Assembly (NCBI GenBank): GCA_964388415.1 | Contig: CAYMAO010000001.1 | Coordinates: 65,072 to 129,071 of the forward strand | Origin: an uncultured Planctomycetaceae bacterium | GTDB lineage: Bacteria > Planctomycetota > Planctomycetia > Planctomycetales > Planctomycetaceae | Reading direction: 5' to 3' | Length of the DNA: 64,000 bases | In this document: one piece after another, positions 1 through 8,753 of the stretch | How positions within the stretch are numbered: the first letter of the stretch is position 1 | How the letters are laid out: every line of letters begins with the position of its first letter | The notes under the pieces: model-generated | Database searches by the model: none | Seen by the model: the letters and a program-made list of their open reading frames with translations, nothing else | What the model was told of the DNA's origin: nothing | Program-made: the position numbers and the translations under genes

Positions 1-296
1 TGGCTCGACACGGGGACGCATGATGCGCTGCTGGAAGCCGCCACATTTGTCAGCGTGATCGAAGCCCGACAAGGGTGGAAGGTGGCGTGCGTGGAAGAAA
101 TCGCCTGGCGGATGAACTTCATCGACGACGGCCAACTTCGGAAACTCGCCGAGCCGCTCCAGAAAAACCCTTACGGACAGTATTTACTCGACCTGCTCGA
201 GCGGGGGGAGTAAGCCCCCTGGTTGCGGCATCCACGACGATTCGCGCACAATCCGGGGACTGACGTCCTCCGCTCGGCATTTCTGAGGGTCCGCTC

Positions 297-842
297 ATGG
301 ACTACGAATACTACTTCATCCGCATGATCGGCTGGGGACCGGCGCTGTTGGTGCTGCTGTTCGGAGTCGTATTGGCCGTTCGCAACGGAACCATTTCTCG
401 ACGCGGCCGTTGGTGCCTGGCAGCGGCGATGGCGCTGCAGGCCGCGCAGATGCTGGCCGTGCCAATGATCAAACACGCGGCCAACGGACTGATGAATGCG
501 CCGGCAATCGCGTGGAACAAGATCATTGAAGACCATTCACCGACCCCCCAAACGTACGGCAACCCGCCCGCGCTGGAAGATGGTTTCTACTTTTCTGATC
601 TGCCAACCGCCGATCAACTTCCGCGCCCGAAAACTGGTCAAATGGCGAGCCTGTTTTTGTGTCCATCGCATCTCTCGGAAGAACAACTCGAACAGCATTG
701 GCAGTTCTATCGCGCGAAACGCTGGAAATGGACACTTTGGGACGTGCTCCCCGAGAGCCTTTTGACCGCGCTGACCTGGGGCCTGATTCTCTTCGCCGTC
801 TTCGACCGCCCGGCAGCGCCGAAGTTTCTGGCGGAGGAATGA
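297..842 (+). CDS. small 3-TM membrane protein, paralog A (hypothetical)
   Basis: ATG start. Three hydrophobic helices. C-terminal WGLILFAVFDRPAAPKFLAEE is conserved with the next ORF. N-terminal MDYEYYFIRM matches MDFEYQIARLM of paralog B. Confidence 0.55.
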   Translation: MDYEYYFIRMIGWGPALLVLLFGVVLAVRNGTISRRGRWCLAAAMALQAAQMLAVPMIKHAANGLMNAPAIAWNKIIEDHSPTPQTYGNPPALEDGFYFSDLPTADQLPRPKTGQMASLFLCPSHLSEEQLEQHWQFYRAKRWKWTLWDVLPESLLTALTWGLILFAVFDRPAAPKFLAEE

Positions 843-890
843 CCGACGGCGCGAAATCGTTTGCTAACGGAAGGGCCGAAAATCTTGGGC

Positions 891-1265
891 ATGGATTTTG
901 AGTATCAAATTGCACGGCTCATGGCTCTGACGCCGATGTTGCTGGTCGTCCTGGCCGGAACGACATTGGCGATTCGGCGGCTCCCCAAGTATCCGCGGCC
1001 CTGTTGGCTCATTCTGGCGGCGCTGGCCATCGATGCGTTCAGCAGTCTCGCGTTGCCGGTTGCCATGCAATACGTGACGTCGCTCCTGTCGATGAATACC
1101 GGCGTCCAGAATCACGTGATGATGGCGTTCCTCTGGACGTTGCCCTATAGCCTGATCTCTGCCTTGGTTTGGGGAATGGTTCTGTTCGCCGTTTTCGACC
1201 GACCCGACTCGCCGAAGTTCCTCAAGGAGGACGACCTGGAAAGGGATATTTTGGACCGCCCCTGA
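891..1265 (+). CDS. small 3-TM membrane protein, paralog B (hypothetical)
   Basis: ATG at 891 (track start 861 is TTG). Same architecture and C-terminal motif WGMVLFAVFDRPDSPKFL as paralog A. Lacks the ~60-aa Pro-rich insert of A. Confidence 0.5.
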   Translation: MDFEYQIARLMALTPMLLVVLAGTTLAIRRLPKYPRPCWLILAALAIDAFSSLALPVAMQYVTSLLSMNTGVQNHVMMAFLWTLPYSLISALVWGMVLFAVFDRPDSPKFLKEDDLERDILDRP

Positions 1266-1475
1266 TTCGAGAAAACGTCGGTCGCTCGGAATGGCTCTGC
1301 AATCGCACGGTTGCCGTCAACACGGGGCTGGCACCCGCCGCTCGGGAATTTCGCTGAGAATCTCGCTGCGCGACGCCCCATTTGCGGGTTCTCCCTTCTC
1401 AGGGTAAGATTCCCACTTGGCGAGCCGTGGCGCGAACCGGCTGGAGTGCATCGCGTTCGCCGGGGTGGTACTGAC

Positions 1476-3218
1476 GTGCCGTATCTGAAAGTCATCAAAG
1501 GCGGGCTTCCGGGGCAGCTCATCGAGTTGCAGGGAGAGCGGACCATTTTCGGCCGGCATCCCGGCTGCCAAGTGATGCTGGACAACTCGGCGATCAGCCG
1601 GCATCACGCGCAGATTATCGAGAATCACGGAACGTACTTTCTGGAAGATTTGCGAAGCCGCAACGGAACGCACTTGAACGACGTCGCCGTCCGCGGCCGC
1701 ATGGAACTGCACGACGCCGACGAAATCAAGCTCTGCGATTTTGTCTTTCATTTTCTGCTGCGCGCGCCGGCCGGGCCAGCCCCCGAACCCACGCAGACAT
1801 TCGACCGTTCTTCCGGCGTCCTGGGCGGCTTTCGGGCCAGGGAAGCAACGGCGGTGCGATCGTCGTCGCCTCTGATCTCGTTGCCGAAGTCATCCCTGGA
1901 GGAACCGCAGCAGGGTTCGTCGATCATCACGTCGGTGGATGCGGGGTCGGTTCGGACGGTGCGCTACAACGTTCGCCCGGAAGTGAAATTGCGAGCCGTG
2001 CTGGAGATCAGCGCCGCGGTCGGGCGGCTGTTGAAACTGGACGACATGCTGCCGGTGATCTTGCAGTCGCTCTTCAAGATCTTTCCACAGGCGGACGCCG
2101 GTTTCGTGCTGCTGAAAGATCCGGCGACCGAGAAGCTTTCGGTTCGGTCCTCGTTGCAGCGGGCACAGCAGGAAGACGACGACGTTCCGGTCAGCATGAC
2201 CATCGTCAACATGGCGATGGACGGAAAACGTGCCGTGCTCAGCGCTGACGCCACGGGCGATTCGCGGTTCAAGACCAGCGAAAGCCTGGCGGACATGCGG
2301 ATCCACTCGGTGATGTGCGTGCCGATGGTCACGCAGACGAACGAGGCGCTGGGCGTGATTCAGATCAGCACGGGAGACATCGCTCAGCAATTCTCCGCGG
2401 ATGATCTCGATCTGCTGGCCAGCGTCGGAGCGCAGGCGTCGCTCGCCGTGGAAAACGCGAAACTGCACGAGTCGCTGGTGGCTCAGCGCGATCTGGATCG
2501 CGAGCTGGAATTCGCCACGCAAGTGCAGCTCGGCTTTCTGCCCAGCGAGCCGCCGCACGTGCCCGGTTACGAATTCGCCGATTATTATGAACCGGCCAAC
2601 CGCGTGGGAGGCGACTACTTCGATTACGTCCCGTTGCCAAACGGAAATGTCGCGGTGGCGGTCGGCGACGTGGCGGGCAAAGGCGTCCCCGCCGCACTGT
2701 TGATGGCCCGGCTTCATGCGTCGGCCCGGTATCATCTGCTGAGCGCGACCGGCCCCGCGGACGCCATGACCAGCCTCAACGCGGAGATCGCCACGAGCGG
2801 GCTGGGCTTCCGGTTCATCACGCTGGTCATGGCGGTCATCAACGTGAAGACGCATCAGATTCACTTCGCAAACGCCGGGCATCTGCCGCCGCTCATCCGC
2901 CGAGCCAGCGGCGTGGTCGAGGCCGTCGGCATGAAGGAATCAGGAATGCCGCTGGGACTGGGCGGCCCGCAGACATTCCGGGAGATCACCGTCGCCCTGG
3001 AGGCCGGCGAGGCGTGCGTGCTGTATACCGACGGCGTCACGGAAGCCATTGATGCGCAGCAGGAAATCTACGGTCGCATTCGATTGAATGACGCCATCCA
3101 GCGGGCCCCGGCATCGGCCAAGGAACTGGTCCAGTCGGTCGTGGCAGACGTCGAAAAGTTTTACGGCGACCTGCCGCAGCGCGACGACCTGTGCATCGTC
3201 GCCACGCGCCGGCTGTAG
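1476..3218 (+). CDS. FHA-GAF-PP2C (SpoIIE/RsbU-type) serine phosphatase
   Basis: FHA signature GRHPGCQVMLDNSAISRHHAQI...RSRNGTHLN. Central GAF-like region. C-terminal PP2C/SpoIIE motifs GGDYFDY and GDVAGKGVPAALLMA. Start placed at GTG 1476, preceded by GGGGTGG. The TTG 1311 N-extension looks non-protein-like. Confidence 0.8.
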   Translation: MPYLKVIKGGLPGQLIELQGERTIFGRHPGCQVMLDNSAISRHHAQIIENHGTYFLEDLRSRNGTHLNDVAVRGRMELHDADEIKLCDFVFHFLLRAPAGPAPEPTQTFDRSSGVLGGFRAREATAVRSSSPLISLPKSSLEEPQQGSSIITSVDAGSVRTVRYNVRPEVKLRAVLEISAAVGRLLKLDDMLPVILQSLFKIFPQADAGFVLLKDPATEKLSVRSSLQRAQQEDDDVPVSMTIVNMAMDGKRAVLSADATGDSRFKTSESLADMRIHSVMCVPMVTQTNEALGVIQISTGDIAQQFSADDLDLLASVGAQASLAVENAKLHESLVAQRDLDRELEFATQVQLGFLPSEPPHVPGYEFADYYEPANRVGGDYFDYVPLPNGNVAVAVGDVAGKGVPAALLMARLHASARYHLLSATGPADAMTSLNAEIATSGLGFRFITLVMAVINVKTHQIHFANAGHLPPLIRRASGVVEAVGMKESGMPLGLGGPQTFREITVALEAGEACVLYTDGVTEAIDAQQEIYGRIRLNDAIQRAPASAKELVQSVVADVEKFYGDLPQRDDLCIVATRRL

Positions 3219-3365
3219 TAAAGCCCGTGGCGTGTAAAGCCGATGGGGTCTCCTGGTCCCGCCGCTTCGATTTTGCAACCATTTTCCTTGTGGAATTTCG
3301 TGACCCCGGTCTCTATGATAGGAGAGCCTGCAATTGTGCCCGCCGAATCTCCTTCCTGACGAAAG

Positions 3366-4469
3366 ATGATGACTGTGAGCAACTTGGATCAACTCGTCGC
3401 CAAGGCCAAGGCCGATCTGGACGCCCACACCCGCGAAAATGTCCGCTGGCATTTCAGTCCGGAAACCGGCAGCCCGTATTGGCTGGAAAAGGCGAAATCA
3501 CTCAAGTTCGATCCGCTCAAAGACGTCAACTGTTTCGACGATCTGAAAAAATTCCCGCTCTTTGAAGACGATGAACTTCGCGGCGGACCGGTCCAGCGCT
3601 GGATTCCGAAAGGCCTCGCCGGCAAACCGACCTACGTCTTCGAAACTGGCGGCACGACCGGCATCCCCAAATCCCGCGTCGTCATCGAAGATCACTGGAT
3701 CGACTACGAACTCTTCAGCGAAACCCTCGACGACAAGCATTTCCCCAAGGGATCCAACTGGCTGATGCTCGGACCGTCCGGTCCGCGCCGCTTGCGGTTG
3801 GCCGTCGAACATCTGGCCCAGTTCCGCGGCGGCATCTGCTTCTGCGTCGACCTCGATCCCCGCTGGGTGATCAAGCTCATCAAGCAGGGCAAGATCAAGG
3901 AAGCGGAGGCGTATAAGGATCACGTCATCGACCAGACGATGACCATCCTCTCCGCCGGCCACGAGATCAAGTGCGCGTTCATGACGCCCAAGCTGCTCGA
4001 AGCGCTCGCCATGCGGCTGATCAAGGAAGGTTCCAGCATCGCCGAGACCGGCATCAAAGGCATCTTCGGCGGCGGGACGGAATTCTCCCCGCAGTGGTAC
4101 CGTTTCTGCTGCGAGGAACTCCTGGGCCCGGACGTCTTCATGACGCCGACTTACGGCAACACCCTGATGGGCCTGGCCTGCTCCAAGCCGTTCGACATCG
4201 CCGACAACTACAAGATCACCTACCATGGCCCGCAGCCGCGCGCCGTGATCGAAGTCGTGAAATTTGAGGACTACAACCAGCTCGTCGGCTACGGCGAAAC
4301 GGGCCGCGTCAAGCTGTACACCATGACCAAGGAACTCTTCATCCCCGGTTTCATGGAACGCGATGAAGGCGAACGCGAAAAGCCGCACGAGAAATACCCG
4401 TGGGACGGCATCTCCGGGACGCGGCCGTTCCATGTGTTCGCGAAGACGACGACGGTGGGAGTGTATTGA
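3366..4469 (+). CDS. acyl-protein synthetase / adenylate-forming enzyme (LuxE- or PaaK/F390-synthetase-like)
   Basis: ETGGTTGIPKS adenylation motif (compare LuxE TSSGTNGLKS, PaaK SSGTTGKPK). ~367 aa, typical LuxE length. Sits next to a LuxC-like reductase. Confidence 0.65.
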   Translation: MMTVSNLDQLVAKAKADLDAHTRENVRWHFSPETGSPYWLEKAKSLKFDPLKDVNCFDDLKKFPLFEDDELRGGPVQRWIPKGLAGKPTYVFETGGTTGIPKSRVVIEDHWIDYELFSETLDDKHFPKGSNWLMLGPSGPRRLRLAVEHLAQFRGGICFCVDLDPRWVIKLIKQGKIKEAEAYKDHVIDQTMTILSAGHEIKCAFMTPKLLEALAMRLIKEGSSIAETGIKGIFGGGTEFSPQWYRFCCEELLGPDVFMTPTYGNTLMGLACSKPFDIADNYKITYHGPQPRAVIEVVKFEDYNQLVGYGETGRVKLYTMTKELFIPGFMERDEGEREKPHEKYPWDGISGTRPFHVFAKTTTVGVY

Positions 4470-4524
4470 AGGGGGGATAGCGGAAGAGAATTAGAGTGGG
4501 TGGAAATGATAGCGAGGTCGCGAA

Positions 4525-5088
4525 ATGACCATTGATGAATTCATCGCCAGCCCGCTGAGTGGTGATTGCAGCCTGCTCAAGCGACTCTATGACTTTGAAT
4601 ACCAAGCACTTGCAAACAAGCTGGGCTGTGTTCTCTCATTATTGGACATAGAGTCATATGAGGGAACGGCCTTGTGCAATCCAGCACTAACGCCAATTAA
4701 CTCCGTGACCTTTGCAACTACTGGGGGTGATGACGTTCATTTCGGACTAGTTGCAATCGAGCGGAAATATAGCGATTTATCGCCGATCGTAATGACAGTT
4801 CCCATGGCGGGCGACAACCCGAAAGAGACGAATTTCGTCGTGGGCGAGTCTTTACATGAATTTCTAAGGCTTGGCTGCGTACACGACTTTTTTGACCTGG
4901 AAAAGCTCGCATACTCATGGAGAACTGATTTATTTGGTCAGTATAAAAAAACACCTGCTCTGATTGATGAGCCAATCTACGTAAGATTTCGAAAAGAATT
5001 TGAACTGAAGCCATGGATTGAGCTGGAGTCGAGGTTTCAAGAACTCCAAAACAAATACTGGCCGCTATTGCGATTTCGGCGCGGATAA
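4525..5088 (+). CDS. hypothetical protein, low-GC orphan ORF
   Basis: ATG with GAGGT RBS 8 nt upstream. Visibly AT-richer than both flanking genes. No motif recognised. Soluble, acidic and aromatic-rich. Confidence 0.5.
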   Translation: MTIDEFIASPLSGDCSLLKRLYDFEYQALANKLGCVLSLLDIESYEGTALCNPALTPINSVTFATTGGDDVHFGLVAIERKYSDLSPIVMTVPMAGDNPKETNFVVGESLHEFLRLGCVHDFFDLEKLAYSWRTDLFGQYKKTPALIDEPIYVRFRKEFELKPWIELESRFQELQNKYWPLLRFRRG

Positions 5089-5143
5089 CTACCTCGCAAT
5101 TTTCTAAGCGAACTGTCTACACCTCTAACCCTCTGGATCTCTC

Positions 5144-6580
5144 ATGATCGAACTTCCCGTCCTCCGCTGGGGCAAACCGTACGAAAGTATGGAAAAGGCC
5201 GACGTCGTCCATTTTGAAACGGGCGAAGTCCTTGCCAAGGTCCATCAAGCCACCGGGTCGATGCTCGGCATGGACATGCGCCATGCCAAGAAGGCCCGAG
5301 ACGCCTTGCGGCAGCTTTCGATCGATCAGTTGATCGCGATGACAGCCAAGGCCGCCGACCTGTATTTGAACCAGACGCTGCCGCTCGGGACCGGCACGCA
5401 GTCCCCTGCCGAATTCTGCCGCATGCAGTCCGCGACCACCGGACTTCCAGAGCACATGTGCGCCGGCAACATGAAGAAGAATTACTTCGTGCTGACCCAC
5501 ATGCGCGACGTGCTGGAATCCCTCACCCGCGGGCTGCCGCTCGACATCTTCACCAAGGGCTTCGGTCAGGAAGCTCGCGGCGTGATGCTCAGCTACCAGG
5601 CGAATACGTCCGTCCTGGGCATGGTGCTCCCGTCCAACAGTCCGGGCGTCCATACGCTGTGGATGCCCGTCATCCCCTTGCAGATCGGCCTGGTCCTCAA
5701 GCCTGGCCCGCAGGAACCCTGGACCCCGTACCGCATGGCCGAAGCCTTCTTTCAGGCAGGCGTCCCTCGGGAAGCCATCTGCCTGTATCCCGGCGGACCG
5801 GACGTCGGCGCCGCCGTCATTGAACATTGCCCGCGGACCATGATCTTCGGCGGCACCGCCACCGTGGAACGCTACCACGGCGATCCCCGTGTCCAGGCTC
5901 ACGGCCCCGGCTTCAGCAAGTTGCTGCTCGGCGACGACGTCGTCGACAACTGGCCCGAATACCTCGACCTGATGTTCGACAGCATCGTGATGAACTCCGG
6001 CCGCGGCTGCATCAACTGCTCGGGCATCTGGGCGTCGCGTCATACGGAGGAGATCGCCGATGCGCTCGCCAAGCGGATGGGGCCGATTGCGCCGCTGCCC
6101 ATGACCGACCCGAAGGCCCAACTCGCTGCGTTCACGGTGCCGGGCCAGGCCGAGGCGATCAACAACCAGATCGATGAAGGCTGCAAAGCGTCCGGCGTGA
6201 CCGAAGTGACGGCGAAATATCGCGACGGTTCCCGCTGGGTGAAAAACGAACGCTGCGATTATTTGCGGCCGACGCTGATCCACTGCAACGCGCCGGGTTC
6301 GGACATGTCCAAGGCGGAATACATGTTCCCGTTCGCCTCGGTCGTGAAATGTCCGCAGGCCGACATGCTCAAGAAAATCGGCCAGACGCTGGTCTGCTCG
6401 GCGATCACCAAGGACGAGAAATGGTCGCAGGAACTGCTCGATGCGACGCACATCGACCGGCTGAACATCGGCCCCTTGAAAACGATCGCCCTCAACTGGC
6501 TGCAGCCGCACGAAGGGAACATCATTGACTTCCTGTTCCGCAACCGCGCGTTCCAGAACAGCCCGCCGCCGCCGCATTAA
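5144..6580 (+). CDS. LuxC-like long-chain acyl-CoA reductase (aldehyde dehydrogenase superfamily)
   Basis: Aligns by eye to V. harveyi LuxC: NSPGVHTL...KPGPQ; IFGGTATVERYHGD vs VAWGGPDAINWAVEH; catalytic-Cys region SGRGCINCSGIW vs DQRACFSAQNIY. 478 aa. Confidence 0.65.
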   Translation: MIELPVLRWGKPYESMEKADVVHFETGEVLAKVHQATGSMLGMDMRHAKKARDALRQLSIDQLIAMTAKAADLYLNQTLPLGTGTQSPAEFCRMQSATTGLPEHMCAGNMKKNYFVLTHMRDVLESLTRGLPLDIFTKGFGQEARGVMLSYQANTSVLGMVLPSNSPGVHTLWMPVIPLQIGLVLKPGPQEPWTPYRMAEAFFQAGVPREAICLYPGGPDVGAAVIEHCPRTMIFGGTATVERYHGDPRVQAHGPGFSKLLLGDDVVDNWPEYLDLMFDSIVMNSGRGCINCSGIWASRHTEEIADALAKRMGPIAPLPMTDPKAQLAAFTVPGQAEAINNQIDEGCKASGVTEVTAKYRDGSRWVKNERCDYLRPTLIHCNAPGSDMSKAEYMFPFASVVKCPQADMLKKIGQTLVCSAITKDEKWSQELLDATHIDRLNIGPLKTIALNWLQPHEGNIIDFLFRNRAFQNSPPPPH

Positions 6581-6714
6581 CGAGATCAGATCGCCGCTTG
6601 CCGTTTCGCGGCGCTGACCGCATGCCTGACATCAGTTTTCGTGTTGAGTCAACCGGCCGATTTCGCGTACAGTGCTCGAATCGGAAACGGACATATTTCA
6701 CGGAGGAACGGCGC

Positions 6715-7521
6715 ATGCGCTGCCGCAGGGTCTGGTGTGTCGTCTTGTTGGCGGGTCTCGGTTGTGGGGAAACCAAGACTCCCCCCTCGGCGGCAGCCAA
6801 TCCTGCCAAGACTGTTCCGCCGAAAAACGGAGAACTGCTGTCCGCGCCGTCGTCGAACGGGCGGTCCAACGCAGTTGCCGACAAGGCGTTCGCCGATCTG
6901 CTCGAAGCGACGCATGGCTCGAACCCCGACGCCTGGAGCGCGGCCGAGAAATCGCTGACCGAACTCGGGGCGCAGGCTGTTCCCGCATTGGCGCGTTACT
7001 TGGCTCACGACGATCAGACGGCCCGGGAACTCGCCGTGCAGTTTCTGGCCCAACTCGGGCCGGACGCCAAAGGAGCGGAGCCTGCGTTGACGAAAGCTCT
7101 GGCCGACGACTCGCCGATGGTTCGCGTCAATGCGGCGGCGGCGCTCTTGGCGCTCAATGCGTCCGCCACGGAGGCTGTCGCCGCGCTGCGGTCGATGCTC
7201 CAAGATGATGATGCGTCGGTCCGATTGCCTGCCGCGATTTCGCTGGCCGGGATGTCTGACGCCGTGAAGGATGCCGTTCCCGTGCTGACCGAACTACTGA
7301 CCGCCCGGGAACCCAGTATTCGGCAGACCGCAGCCGAAACGCTGGGAAAGCTGGGGAAGAATGCGGAGTCGAGCCTGGGCGCGCTCCAGCAATTGGAGTC
7401 GGACGATAACACCGAGGTCCGCTCCGCAGCCGCAGCAGCCGTGAATGCGATCGAGGCTGCGGAGAACTCCTCGTCAGAGACGAAGCCGGCGGACAGCGTC
7501 GAGAACGAAACGAATCCGTGA
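6715..7521 (+). CDS. HEAT/PBS-lyase repeat protein with N-terminal signal peptide (possible lipoprotein)
   Basis: ATG 6715 preceded by GGAGGA. Signal peptide MRCRRVWCVVLLAGLGCG. Repeated HEAT-like units (AVPALARYLAHDD..., AEPALTKALADDSPMVRVNAAAAL..., AVPVLTELLTAREPSIRQTAAETLGKLG). Confidence 0.7.
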   Translation: MRCRRVWCVVLLAGLGCGETKTPPSAAANPAKTVPPKNGELLSAPSSNGRSNAVADKAFADLLEATHGSNPDAWSAAEKSLTELGAQAVPALARYLAHDDQTARELAVQFLAQLGPDAKGAEPALTKALADDSPMVRVNAAAALLALNASATEAVAALRSMLQDDDASVRLPAAISLAGMSDAVKDAVPVLTELLTAREPSIRQTAAETLGKLGKNAESSLGALQQLESDDNTEVRSAAAAAVNAIEAAENSSSETKPADSVENETNP

Positions 7522-7629
7522 AGCGAACGGAGCAGTTTTCTCGCGACGCGGCGACTTCCTGGCGGAGCGCTGTGTTCCGCCACGGCACCTGTGTACGATG
7601 ATTCTCAGTTCATTCCTGAGGATCGCCCC

Positions 7630-8748
7630 ATGTCGCAATCCGTGCCTGAAATTGTGCCGGCCGATTATTTGCCGAAATTGCCGCGCGATCGTTCGCCCGG
7701 CATTGGGTGCATCGGCACCGGGTTCATCATGGCCGATTGTCACCTCGTGGCATATCGGCAAGCCGGGTTTCGGCCGGTGGCCATCACGTCGCGGCAGCGG
7801 CAAAATGCGGAGGCCGTTGCGGCTCGGCATCGGATTCCTCGCGTCCATGACGATGTGAAGTCTCTCGCGGCTGATCCCGAGGTGGTCGTCGTCGACGTCG
7901 CCGTTCCGCCGGATATTCAGCACGAGGTGATTCGTGAAGTCTTGACACGGGGCAAGCAGATTCGCGGCATCCTGGCGCAAAAACCGCTGGGTGTGGATTA
8001 TCGGCAGGCGAAAGACATTGTGCGGATGTGCCGGGACGCCGGGGTGACGCTCGCCGTCAATCAGAATATGCGCTACGACCAGTCGGTCCGAGCGGCGAAA
8101 TCGCTTTTAGAAAAAAAACGGCTCGGCGACCCGGTGCTGGCGACGATCGATATGCGGGCCATTCCGCATTGGATGCCGTGGCAAGAGCGGCAGGGCTGGG
8201 TCACTTTGCGAATCATGAGCATCCATCATCTGGACACGTTCCGATTCTGGCTGGGCGATCCTGTCCGCGTCTTCGCCAGCATTCGGCCTGATCCGCGCAC
8301 GGCGAAGAAATTCGCCCATGAAGACGGCATCTGCCTGTATATCCTCGAATTTGCGAACGGCGCCCGGGCTTCGAGTTGGGATGACGTCTGGGCCGGTCCG
8401 GCGCGCGAGGGTGCCGGCGCGGACATCGGCATCCAGTGGCGGATTGAAGGAACCGAGGGGTTAGCCCGCGGGACAATCGGCTGGCCCGAATATCCCAAGC
8501 CGACGTCCAGTACGCTGGATTTCTCCACAATTCACGACGCCGGGACGTGGCATCAGCCGCGCTGGCCGGAAGTCTGGTTTCCGGACGCATTTGTCGGGCC
8601 GATGGCTCAATTGTTGTGCGCTCTGGAAGACGGCACTCCGCCGGAAATCAGCGGTGACGACAACCTGAAGACGATGGCCCTGGTCGATGCGTGCTATCTT
8701 TCGGCCCGAGAGCATCGCGCGGTGGAACTGGCCGAAGTTCTTGCTTGA
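7630..8748 (+). CDS. Gfo/Idh/MocA family oxidoreductase
   Basis: Rossmann N-terminus [22 protein letters not shown] and Gfo/Idh/MocA C-domain. ATG 7630 with GAGGA 9 nt upstream. Track start 7591 is GTG. Confidence 0.75.
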   Translation: MSQSVPEIVPADYLPKLPRDRSPGIGCIGTGFIMADCHLVAYRQAGFRPVAITSRQRQNAEAVAARHRIPRVHDDVKSLAADPEVVVVDVAVPPDIQHEVIREVLTRGKQIRGILAQKPLGVDYRQAKDIVRMCRDAGVTLAVNQNMRYDQSVRAAKSLLEKKRLGDPVLATIDMRAIPHWMPWQERQGWVTLRIMSIHHLDTFRFWLGDPVRVFASIRPDPRTAKKFAHEDGICLYILEFANGARASSWDDVWAGPAREGAGADIGIQWRIEGTEGLARGTIGWPEYPKPTSSTLDFSTIHDAGTWHQPRWPEVWFPDAFVGPMAQLLCALEDGTPPEISGDDNLKTMALVDACYLSAREHRAVELAEVLA

Positions 8749-8753
8749 CGTGA

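Noticed and set aside
1311-1475. TTG-initiated 55-codon N-terminal extension of the FHA protein
   Set aside because: The extension (MPSTRGWHPPLGNFAENLAARRPICGF...) is Arg/Pro/Trp-rich and non-protein-like. GTG 1476 has a GGGGTGG RBS and starts right at the FHA domain.
1266-1475. TGGCACccgccGCTCG as a possible sigma-54 promoter upstream of the FHA gene
   Set aside because: The GG-to-GC spacing does not fit the -24/-12 geometry (-12 GC misplaced), unlike the amt promoter.
1890-2882. 330-aa ORF on the minus strand
   Set aside because: Entirely antisense to the FHA-GAF-PP2C gene. Arg/His/Gly-rich translation typical of the wrong strand in high-GC DNA. No motif.
3498-4433. 311-aa ORF on the minus strand
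   Set aside because: Antisense to the LuxE-like gene, which has a clear adenylation motif. Low-complexity composition.
5117-6577. 486-aa ORF on the minus strand
   Set aside because: Mirror image of the LuxC-like gene, which aligns to a known family. Arg/Gly/His-rich.
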